Assembly (NCBI GenBank): GCA_002633005.1
Contig: NMRA01000152.1
Location: forward strand, 626,064 to 663,977
Direction: 5' to 3'
Length of the DNA stretch: 37,914 nucleotides
Source: Phoronis australis
Taxonomy: Eukaryota > Animalia > Phoronida
The notes beneath the pieces are model-generated. The model ran no database searches. It was not told the origin of the DNA and saw only the letters and a program-made list of their open reading frames with translations. A program made the translations under genes and the position numbers. Positions 1-12,100 of the stretch are shown piece by piece (the first letter of the stretch is position 1; the number at the start of each line of letters is the position of its first letter).

Positions 1-3000
1 TTTTTCATCGTCACCTTTACAAATTCCCATATCATGAACGTACGATTCTCTGTTAAAAAGCATCGCCTCTTGTCTCTGTCGGAGCGTTTAAAAATAGTGC
101 AAAAACACTCATCGATTCCACCAGGAACGTCGTTTAGCGACAGTGTATTTGCCCGCCTCTGACATCTCGTTCGAATGTCGGGTATCACGTGACTTTTCGC
201 CGAGGGGCGGAGCTTGCGATAGGTCAATTGACGTCAGTCCGTCGGCTTAATTTCACTCCCTCGGACTTCCGTCTCGTATATACTTCAGTTACTTCTTTGG
301 GCCTGTCGCCGCCAAAACCAATGATGTCATTAAAAACTACATTCTTTCTCGAGTAAACTAGATTATTTAGCGGTGTTGGAAAATTTGAAGTTCTACCGTT
401 ATTCTGCAGCTAAAATTGTGGTGCGTTCTTTTGCGTCGGCTCTCGGCGCCACAAAATATTGCGTCACCTATGGGCCAATTTCCCCGATTTTTTAATCAAC
501 TCATTGTGTTCTTCTCTTCCACGAGGTTGCGTACATGTCATAACTGTATTTTAATACAGTGCAGCAAACCCTGCGAAGCTGTCCTCATCTCCCGATAGAT
601 ATCGCAAAATTTTAGGAAGCGCGTATACGTGTCACGAGCGCACTGTTTTCAAAACTACGACAGACTTTTCTTCGTTACAAAAGGCGGAGAATTACGCAAA
701 AATGACGCTTATCAGATTGTGTTTTTTTCACTTAAAGGACTGTAACAGTTGATTCCCAGATTCTTCATGCACCACCGCAGGTCGTTAGCTTTACATGTTG
801 ATAAAAGTTTCACGACAAGGTGACGAGCTGAACTCCCCGGATTGTGTGAAATTTCGGTGTTTAAAGGAGCTAAACACAAAGCTACCTAGCTGTAAGCTGA
901 CGACAGCCTTCATACAGCTAGCTCACTTTCTAACTTAGTATGTGCATTTATGTATGACTTTTGTAAATACATTAGATACTTTGTGAACAATATACTATTT
1001 TTAAATGCTTCCTTAATTTTCACTTTAAAGAATAGCTGATTACCGCACATTTTATTCCGGCAGGGTCGAATGTTCTGGGAAGAAAAATATCTGTACTGCC
1101 GGGGAAAGAATCCCGCAGCCAGACCTCCTGCTTAAACTTGACAGAAATTCTGATGGAAGCTTTAATATAAACGATCTCTTCAAGAAACATTCCTGCCTCT
1201 TGCGATGAATACTAATGTTCACTCGAAGGTGTAGCTATTTCCATTCCGCATTTCTCATGTACTTTACGCTACTCGTGCTTAACCTAGGGTAACGTCTAGT
1301 CTCATTTAAAACAGCATTTTGCCCGCTTGTGAACTGTCAATATTCAATTCTTAACCGAACGGCTTTGGGGCTCAAAAACATTACCCCGCTCACCCGATTT
1401 TGAATTGTTGCCGAATGAGCCGGTATCTCATGTCACAGGTAATGCTTACATTCGCCACCTTTTAATTCGCAATTTTGGGGTTGGCCTATCCCAGTAAACC
1501 CAAGGAGCGTTTCCTTGTGTTGTTGATGGTTTCGGTTGCTAATGGAAATATTACGAGACCGAATTTAGAGAGTAAAAGACCTAATTCAACCTTCGTTTTA
1601 GCCAGATTAGCGAGGCAAAATGTAGCGTTAGTTTCCCTCTGAAGTTGGTTATATTGTCAAATTAGCATTATTTATGATCTACTCGATGCAAGCTTTCTCG
1701 CTTACACTTGTAGCTTGAAACGAGATCATAACACGCAACTGCCGTAGGCAAGTGTATAAAAGTCGCATTGAATTTAAGGAACCTGAATTCAGCGTCTTAC
1801 ACTCTTCTGCAGACTGTACATAGAAGGTGGTTGAAACAGGTTGAGGACCAGATTGTTTGCTATTGACGTGATTACGCCACATCATTGCGACTGGAATATC
1901 TCAACCATCGATGGTCAACTATTTCAATCTCATTGAAGTTTCCGCAAATCGTGTTTTGTACAACTTTTTTTTGAAAATCGCTATTCATGGACTTCGAGTT
2001 CAAGCCAAACTTCAACGGTCAATACTTACACCTAAAAATCGATTATGTAGCTACAATTAAAATAAGTAAATGTAATTGTACGATAACCGCCACTAAGATG
2101 CCATATCTTTGCGTTGCCATCGACAACTTCCAAACCGTGGCTTTCGAAAACTTGGATTTTGAAAAGTTCTAGTCTAATGCCATATCAGATTGTAGCACAC
2201 GCCTGACTAGGATTTCTATTTATTTGATATCACGTCTCGTGATACAATTTTAAATAGACGGGAGTTGTCTAGACTCGAGGGGTAAATTTTGGATTTAAAA
2301 GAACTCCGTGAGAACATTCCCTCCTCGATATGTATCTTGTGGTCAGTTAGTATGCTGTCTGTCATTGATTTTGTCTACAGGAGAGTATCAATGCCTTCCG
2401 GTCATGGTCGAATGGTTAAATATCAGGAACAAAGTTATACAAATATTTGGTCTTCGATTTGTCAATCACATACTCGTGAGAGCAAACACAATCATTGCTG
2501 CAAATACCAAAAAAAAAAATCGACAACAATGACACACAATGTTTGCTAAAAAAAGTTTCAACATCGATTGAATAGCCGACGTGAGCATTCGGATACACTT
2601 TCTTCAGCAATAGTTCGATTAGGTACATTGACATATTGCCTCAAAGCTAACAATTATCGTTTGGTGGGCAGCATTGTTTATTTTCGAAACACCAGAAATG
2701 TTCAATGACGTCAAATAGAACACGCTTTCTGACAATCGTCAGTGTTTTTTTTCGCAAAATTGGTTGCAAGAACCACGCGTGAGAACAGTTTTAAAATCTC
2801 ACTCCGTCTCTATCTCTCTCGCGATAAGTCACGCTAATTGCATAGGTGACAAATGGCTAAACATCTCAGTCAGTGTTTGTCGCGTCGCGTGTTAATTTAG
2901 TTGAGAAACCGCTTCGAGTTTTTCTCGTCCTTGACACTTGAGCGCTCTGCGCAGGTCCAATATAGGTTAGAAACTGTAATGTAAATTTGTGAAATCCGAA

Positions 3001-4579
3001 ATCATAATATTAGCAAAATTCATTCTAATACACTCAGACCTTTCAGAGGGGTTTTAATTTGATAAGTATTTTATTGCACGGCCAATAATGCTGACTTGGG
3101 GGTTATATAGTCATTCATTTTTAATGAATTTTGGACAGCATCATCAGTCATTATTGAATCCTAATGAAATTTTAAAATTCAAGAGAAATTTGTTCTATAA
3201 TCTCTTTCTGCGTCAACAGAGGGCGTCTCAGGTTACTTCGCCCGAAATTATATCACTTTCACCATGCATATGCAAGGAGATTGTCGCAGTAAAAGTTGTA
3301 GGTAAATAGCTATCGGGAGTAAAGTAGTCAAAAGGACAGAAGAAGATTCCTCGCAGTTCAGTTCCCTAAGCTTCATATAATACAGCAAATATGTTCACGA
3401 AATGGTCAATGATGGACAGCGTGTTGAATACGGTTGATAGATGATGTTTGGGAAAATCATTTGCAATGGAAATGTTCATGAAGATCGAAGTCAACCAGTT
3501 TTTCAAAATAGAGACACCATGACCACCCCTGAGAACAAATATTAAAAACACTTAATATATTCCTGCGCCACTTTTTCTTGAACGAGATATGCATACGGGG
3601 GTGGATACGTGTGCCTAGTGGGGCCCCATTGTAGTATAATCGTGAAACTGGCAGAAACACCAATTATGGATACGTACATAAAATAGACTTCTATGGACTC
3701 TGGCATAACTTTGAAATTGTGTTCATTTCATGTTTGTGTATCAAATAGGTGTTCCCCTAGATTATTTGGCCAAAGCATGTATATAACCTTTACCAAAGCA
3801 TCTCCCAGTGCCAGAACTCTTATAGAAAACAGATAATTCCTTGAAAAGTAAAGAGATGTACTCTCCGTTGTTTGGATAATTTGTAAGTGTGCCCCGGCTT
3901 TTAAAGCGAGATCAAAATTACATAATTCATACATGTGACGTTTTCATTACACATAGTTCCAAAAATCGCCGACAGAGAGACACAGAAATCAAATCTTGCT
4001 ATCTATTCTGTGTACTCTACAAGACTTAAACGAATCCTGTTCACTTACAATGTGATAAACAAAGTAACGCTGGACTGGGTTCAAAGCTATCTAAAGAGAT
4101 GCCGAAACGATTGTGATCTGTCCTTGTCGTGGCACAGTTACGACTTTGTATGGTGTAAGGTTCCGTCGAAGTACAAACGGTACGCCTACCTTCGACACAT
4201 AGACATGAACCAGTGCAGAGGAATCTGAACTGTGTTGCATGTGGTCACACAATTTTCACAGGAGTGACGAGTTCGAATAGTACTGAATAGAGGATCTTTA
4301 GGAATATAGTCTGCTACACAAGACCTGTATCACTGGGCAGTCTGCAGTTGTAGCACATAATTAAACGTGCGAAAACTACATAGTACACGAGGAATGCAAC
4401 TTTACAAACACAACTATAATTGGAATTGTGAGTTTCATGAGGGAACCCAATCATCTGACTCTCCCCCTGCCCCTTCCTCCCCCCTAACCCTAACTCTAAT
4501 CCTAAATGTTCAATTTTTGAAAAACTCACTTCAGCACACTTCTAACCAATATTGAGCAGTCGAATATTTGGCCTTTCTT

Positions 4580-4929
4580 CAGAGTACCCTCGAATCCTAT
4601 CGCACGAGCATCGCATCTTTCGCTCGAACCACCATGAATCATGCTTCGAACCCAAAAATCATGCATGCGAACACAAATCATACGCACGAGCATCCGAATC
4701 ATACCCACGAACCACTAAACGATAAAGCGTTGGTGCGTGTGATGCTCTTGTGTATGATTTTGCGTTCGTGTGTATAATTTTTTGTGGTTCGTGGGCATGA
4801 TTTTTGTTCTTTTGCATGATTTTTGGTTTCGTATGCATGCTTCATGGGTTCGTTTGCGTGATTCATAGGTTTGTAGGTCGTTCTTGCGTAAGATGCGATG
4901 CTCGTGGATATGATTCTTTGGTACCTCTG
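4580..4929. mobile_element. Foldback-type MITE with about 21-bp internal repeats in inverted arrays
   Basis: Left end CAGAGTACC...CACGAGCATCGCATCTT matches the reverse complement of AAGATGCGATGCTCGTG...GGTACCTCTG. Interior units resemble AATCATACGCACGAAC and flip orientation near 4730. TT lies on both flanks (possible 2-bp TSD). Confidence 0.7.
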
Positions 4930-5819
4930 TTCATACATCGTTCAGGTTGCGCCTTCTACATATATATCACCGTAAGCATCCCCAGTGGCTGACTTGGAAA
5001 CTAATCGTCTGGGTGGCCTCAGCATGGTCAGACTAATTACAGTGACATCTGTCGGTAGAACATCATAAAGCAATGTATACGTGGGTTAATCAACTTACAA
5101 CTTACAATAAAAATGAAACCAGGTCACAGTTGCAGCAGCGCGCCCACAAGCCGAGCGTTCTTGTAACTCTTAGGACTGAACATTAAAGCGGTGCATGTCT
5201 CTTGTCAAGCGAGTTCTGCACTGCATCCTCAATTCTGCGCATTTGGCAGTGTTAGTCCAAACGTCTGTGCATACTCGGTTCTAACATCCAAACTAATGAT
5301 AAATACACTCAAATTATCTGAATGTTTCTTTTTGTGCTCTTTGAAAGCATGCTTCTCCAGGATACCAATTGGGTTTTACGTTCTGTGTGCCGTTATTTAA
5401 ATTTTGATTGGCTTAAATTTGCTAAAATGAAGCTAAACCCATGCGAAATTTATTCGAATTTATAGGATCGCAGATTTTTCTGGAATAAGTAATGAAAGCT
5501 AATATTTTGCCTGAGTGTCTATTTCAAGAATGCCACTACCAAGGTTACATACAATTTCGAAGACAACTATGTTTCGAGTGTAGCATGATTTTTTCTAGAA
5601 AATTACTCTTAAATACCCACTACATGTTTATTTTTTAATGAAGATTCATTTATTTTGCGATTGTACTATCGAATATGCATTTTTGTGATTATTGTTAAAT
5701 AGTATAGACATCTTGTTAGCTTTGACCAAAGGTATAAAACAACACAATTTCATTACAAATCGACAATTCTCGCCGGTGATTTTAGAAGTTTAAATACTCT
5801 GCTATCGATTTTGATCCCC

Positions 5820-5910
5820 CTCCGCTAGTAGAGCGGTAGACTGCGACCGCGAGGATTACAAGTTCGATTCCGTGGTGAAACTGATGTTAGAAAATCACTT
5901 TCCTCACTGA
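5820..5910 (+). mobile_element. tRNA-derived SINE head (decayed)
   Basis: A-box-like TAGTAGAGCGG (5826-5836) and B-box-like GTTCGATTCC (5862-5871) at tRNA-like spacing. No complete cloverleaf. Confidence 0.45.
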
Positions 5911-6158
5911 CATCACTTTTGTTGCCGATATGCCTTTTATTCTTATAATTGGGTATATCAAAATTACAAATGGACTGAAAAACGTGTGACTAGAGCGCTA
6001 GGGTTTGGAGTTGAAGCAAACGTACATATAATAAATCAACCCGAAGTGCATACATGTTCTTCTTTGTGCTGAAGGTCTGTGGGACATTGGCTTTGCAGTG
6101 GTGTCGGGAAGCAATACCGTCGAAGCCAAGGAAATTCATTACCGGTGTATCTTTTCAG

Positions 6159-9100
6159 TACTGGGATGACGGCTTAGCAGCGCAAGCTAAGACATGGGCG
6201 GAAAAGTGCGATTTTGAACATGGAGGAAATACGAACTACAATGGCGGCACAGCGGAAACCACGTGGTCCGTGGTTGGTCAGAACCTCGGATGGCATTCCA
6301 GCAAAACGGATCCTCTATACACTGTTGATCAGTGGTACAACGAAAAGTCTGATTACGGTTATGATGGCCATACATGCTCGGCAGTCTGCGGCCATTACAC
6401 CCAGGTAATCAAAGTGCAGTGGAAAAAATTCAAAATCAAGCATTCAACGAGAGCAGGGTATAACATTTGTGTTAAATTAATGCTATATTATCGATGTGAG
6501 TGCCAATAACGAAGTAAGCTATTTCCAGCAGTGTTTAAATAACCAGATAGCAAAATTATGAATCTGAAAAAGAAGACACTTCGACACGCGCGCACATTCC
6601 TAGCAATATATCAAGCGTCCACTTACCTGTCACTCAAAATGGAAGGATATGGCAGCGCACTTCAACAGTTCCAAATTACGAGTTTTGTGTTTGTTGTGAA
6701 TGGTTCAGGCTCACTTACACGTTTGGATTCCCTCACGATGAAGTATTTGCTTTTCGAGTTCTTCCATGATATTAAAAAAATCAAATATTTCCAGCCACAT
6801 ATAATTCAAGGTGCAGTAACATTTTTAAATTTCTTATTACAGACTTTGAAGACACCGCTTGGCTAAAGGAACGCACAAATTTTGATTTGTTACGTGTCTT
6901 ATGTTCTTTAGGTTGTGTGGGGGTCATCGAAGTATCTGGGCTGTTCATTTGTCCAATGTCAGCCTTTGACAGAATCAAGTACAGGCAAGTCTTGGGGTAA
7001 CGGATATTATCTCGTCTGTCACTATGGGCCACCGTGAGTACTTTTTATCGTCACGTGTCGTGAGAACTAGCGAGAAATGATCGCAATTCGTTGCCAAAAA
7101 CAGTCTTGACTTGTTGCAGTTGGGCTGCAGCTTCTCGAGTATTCGAGGAAATTTTTTTGTAATTTACTTGGAGTTCCTTTTCGCCCTGTTTAGCTAACTA
7201 ATAAAAGGAACATCGAATTATTCTTTTTACTCGCATTAAATTAATATCATAATATTCCTTACCTCGATAGGATTCTATTTCCGCTACCAACTCGAATCAC
7301 ATGCCATTTGTACATGCGCCATTTTGGAATCCACAATTTTATGGCTGTTGGTTTCGCTGTTCTCATTGGTAAAGGAAACAAAATTTTATCACAGTAAGGA
7401 ATATTATGAGACCGAGTTTATGAAAGCGAAATGTCTTGTTCGATATTCGTTTTAGATACTTAAACAGACAAAATGCAACATTAAATTAGTCCAGAGGAGC
7501 GAGTGCTATCGCACAGTTACTCTAGCTTTAGCAGCAGATAATCCACTAGATCGTCTTTAAACTTTAAAATAGATTTTTTGATGGGCAACAGTGAACAGGG
7601 CCAATAATTTGGTGTTTTCCAGTGGAAATTTACAGAGTACAAGGCCCTACACGAAAGGAAGCGGTTGCAGCAGATGTGATTCCGGGACATACTCTTGTGA
7701 TAACGGCCTTTGTCGTAAGTAAGCGTAATGTACGTTTAAGGGGAGTCAGCGCATTTAATAATCCTTTTAATTTCAATTCATATTTTGGTCTTTGTATACG
7801 TTTAAGGGGATTCAGCGCATTTAAAAATCCTTTAATTTTTTTCATATTTTGGTCTTTGCCTACTAGGAATTTTGAAAAAATGAGAGTTTCATCAAATCAG
7901 TTTTCAGTTAAAGTCGCCTGCACAAAGGCAAACCTGGAAAAGTGTGAAATTTACTTCGTTCATTGAAAAGCCACCACCAGTTAATTTAATGATTGAATGT
8001 TCCTTTTTAATGCTTACAGAGTTGTGTTACTTTTAATTCTTGGAAACTGGTCAACTTTGGTATGAGATATTTCAGACAGCAACAATAATCTGGTTATCAC
8101 TCATTAAGAATTACTTTAGTTAGCTTTTGACTGTCCCAATCCATCTTTGGGGATGGCTGGGTCCATTGTTGGAATCCTGCGATTTTATTCTTTGAATTGT
8201 TTTAGAATTGATTTGAGGAAGGTTGTGGGTTTTATGATTTGAACGAACTCGCCCACCTTTATACTATTCAGTATAAATATTCTGTTAGCAGCTCTACAAT
8301 ACATATTTCTTGAAGAGATGCTACTGGTTTGCTACAGAGATCTCGCAAATCTTTCTAGAAGAGATGCTACTGGCTTGGTACAGAAATCTCACAAATACAA
8401 AACAGTCGTTCCTAGATATATTTTGACGTTCATCTTCATGCAGCTAGCTGGGTGGCTTAACTGTATCGTGCTCTTTAGTTAAAGATTATGACTAATTATC
8501 ATGTATAGGCCGTGAAATAACTGTGTTGTCACATCGTGAAATTCGCCAGAAATACTTTTCCGTATTTTCTCTTGTGAAGATAATTCAGTGTTGTCATCGC
8601 TGGAGAAAATAAAACAAGAATTACAAATATTTAACGAGCTAAGTGCGTAAGCATATTGGAAGTAATCGTACTTCATCTCACTATATAGGATCACTCACAG
8701 CTCGAATTCTGTACTGGTGTTAGTGTCACCGAATAAATGAAAATCCTTTACAAATGACAGTTGAACTAATCATATAGCACAAATCATAAACATATCCGTC
8801 AAATACCGTCTAAAATTTTCTTCCAACAAACTTGATCAAAATTAGGGTGAAAATAGTGTTTTAAGAGCGCAAACACACGCAACCTAAACGATACAGGGAC
8901 CTCATTCGTCCTACTAGTTGTGAATGAGTCATTGCTATGTTAATTATATTACTACGCCAAATACAGAAATCATAACCTTGAATTTCATCAGTTATAAGCA
9001 AGTAGAATCGTTAATAGGTGTAGCAAGTTTTGTTTTATGATATTCTTTTATTAATTCAATGAAATTTTAACACAGCGTCTTGTTCTTGTGCTCAACCTAC

Positions 9101-12100
9101 TGCCTGTCAGAAGATTCGTGTAAACGTGCGTCTTAAAAATAGTTCACGTGATATGTATGATAAATATGTTATACGACGCACGTGATATGCAAGCCGATTT
9201 AAACTCGGTCTTCGCCCTCGTTTAAATCGGCTTGCGTGTCACGTATCTCGATACATTAACCCACAGATATCATCACGCATATTATATAGCACATATATAT
9301 CAATCATATAAGGTGAAGTGAGCTAAAATGCATCGAATTAGTTACAGTCAAGTGACCTAATTATCGGACGTTTTGGCACATTTTGCATTATATTTAATTG
9401 AAAATACTACGGACTGTTGTAAATTCTTTGCTGAAATAAAGGCTTACCTTCACGAAATTGTTCTGTTACTATATCTTGTCACTGAAAGCCACATTTATGT
9501 TCCGACTGATCTTTAAAAAACACAACTAGCAAACCTTCGAAGAACCTAAATATCGGACACCATGTTTCCCCATACGCCACACCGCGGAAAACTGACTAAC
9601 TACGTACTAAGTGAATGGCATCGGGTACCTTGCAGCCAAATTTCAGCTCGAGTGTTTTGACATATATGCTGCTAGAACACAGGTCCATTCGTATCCATAA
9701 AATGAAATCTGATGACGGCGCCAAGTTGTTTCGATGAATTAGTGCAGACGACTAAAGCACGTGCAAACTCACTGCAGTTTTTAGTATCACTTTGGCTTCT
9801 TGATATGGCACCCGCACGTGCGCGGTCGGGGTTTGAATTGAGTTAAAAACAAATTAAAAAATGGAACAGTGACATATTGTCAGTTCAATTAGATGGTTTC
9901 ATTGTGGAAAAAGATTTCATTTTTAACTTTTAAAACCAATCTATGCGATCGTCCATTTTAGGCCGACTTGGGGGTCTAAATTGCACCCTCTCTCGGGGAA
10001 ATCAAAACTAGGCAACGCTGTAAAAAACCAGACGGTGCCGGACATTGAATGCATTACAACCGAACAAAAATTGGTGTCGTTTAATTCTCAGATTATGCTT
10101 CAAGTAAGATTCTATGAAATGTCCGATATTTAGTTTCCGTCCGATAATTAGGTACACTATGTGTACTTTTAGTAAGTCTTTCGTGCGAAAGATTCTCAAG
10201 TCAAGGGCCATCTGATCACACTGAAGCTAAATCTCACGCCGGGCTTTCCTTTCACAGACCTACGAAACGCGCAAACTGCGCGACTTCGATATATTCTGCA
10301 TTTCAAGCGAAGCACGTGATCACAATAACTTTCTCAATAAATTCTTGCGCCTACGCAGTTTTCAGTGATGTCAGCGGATACTTGTGAGCTGACAAGTGGC
10401 AAGTGTCAACCGTCCCAAAATGCATTTGAATTTCACTTGTCTGCTTAAGGAGGTACTGTACAGTTCTCGCTGAGTTTTACTTGTCACTACACACATGTTA
10501 GTTAAAATAGTTTAGCCGCGTTTTTTTCACTCTGACAAAAGCTCCGCAATGAACAAAGTAAAAGTTTTAATTGTGACTTATTTCACATCAAAAGCGCTAC
10601 ACATGACCGCAGAAGTTTCATTTAGCATCAACCCTTTCACTTCCAACGAAAATGGAAGCAACGCAAAAATGACCAAAACCACCACTTCCCTGGCAATGCT
10701 GGACATAGGCAAACGCTAGATTCCGTAAATGTGATCCAAAAGTGCTGCCATCCAGTTTTGCAGTTATGGAATGTTTGAGGGTTACCTGAAATCGCAGGAG
10801 ATTCCTTCGAATCACTGAGCAGCAATGCAACAGTGTTACAGGGTGCCACCATAACTGAAGAAAACTGCATCTACAGACAAACTAGTGGATCATTCTCATT
10901 CACAATATGTTCACGAGTAGCCTACACGCAAACCAGACTCCCAGAACCTACTTGTAATGTACACCTCAAAACTGCCGTCAAACTTTGCCTATCCTCAAAA
11001 GAATAATTTATAGTGTAAATTGTGTCCGCGACTATATTCTAACAGTACAGCGCCACCTGTGAAGCCGTCTTTCCTTTCACAGTGCCACCCATCGTAGTCT
11101 TCGGACGGCACGAGCCATCTGCCGGTTAGATTGTAGGGTATACAGACATCGTTTGCAATGTGTCTCAAACAAACAAACACCACTGAGTGTAAAACGCAAG
11201 TGTCTTCTTGGAATGTCACTATGATATACCGACTGAATTACAGATAATTCGTTGTTTTGAGTTTTTGAGTGACGTAACTGTTGTGTTCTTATCAGGTGAC
11301 TGTCTCAAAGACGGCGTACAAGGATGCAGTGAGTAAATTATGAATCTAAACTACAATAGAGGTTGATAACCAATTTGAAGTAGGTAATTTGAGGAGACTT
11401 GTCTACCATGCTTATATTATAATTGTTTCATTTATCGGATTGTCTCAGAATGAAAATGTTTTTCTTGCTCCACTCTTAGGGCCTAGATATTGTACTTGTT
11501 AAAAGGTGAAATATTTCGCAATTAGTTGTGCTCAAATTGAGCCTGTTAGTAAATGTGCTTAGTGCTGAAGTTTGTGATTTTAGATGTGACGTTCTGTTGC
11601 TCCTATTTGGTGAGACGTCTTATTGTACTGTCCTTCCATAAGACAGTCATGTAGTGGCCACAACAGAACTGTAACAGAAAATGAGACAACCGTCTATTAA
11701 TTTCAGACTGTGAGGCGCAGTGTGAAAACTGTGGCTCTGTCAATCAGACAACCTGCTCGTGCTCGTGTTACAAAGGTTACCGTGGTGCACGCTGTACAGA
11801 AGAATGTAAGGACAACCATGCTAATTGCGGTAGCGGTTGGTACCCATCAAACTGTGGTTTCGATTTCGTGTCCAGCAACTGTCCGGCTATGTGCAAAACC
11901 TGTGGTAAGTCGTGCATAGAATTACAACATACAACGGTCTCATGCAAAATGGAAGATGAGTATCAGTCAAAACCAAATTCGGAAACCAAAATGTTTCCCT
12001 GTGCCACCCGTTGCGGGAGGAAAGTACCTTCAGAAACAGCCAGGTGGCGATAGTACTCACCGGTCCCACGAGATGTGTCCCCATTGCTTCCTGGAAGCCT

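Noticed and set aside
4481-4505. CCCTAA-like repeats (also near 28055-28068)
   Set aside because: Only two to four degenerate units. Not a telomere; such tracts are common inside dispersed repeats.
5820-5880. Functional tRNA gene (also 19281-19345)
   Set aside because: A/B-box-like motifs are present but no acceptor stem or full cloverleaf can be formed. Treated as SINE heads.
1-6158. Search for the signal-peptide and HNxxR...NM exons of the CAP gene; short ORFs in this region
   Set aside because: No convincing exon with CAP N-terminal motifs and a phase-0 donor was found. The ORFs lack recognisable motifs and the region looks like decayed repeats.
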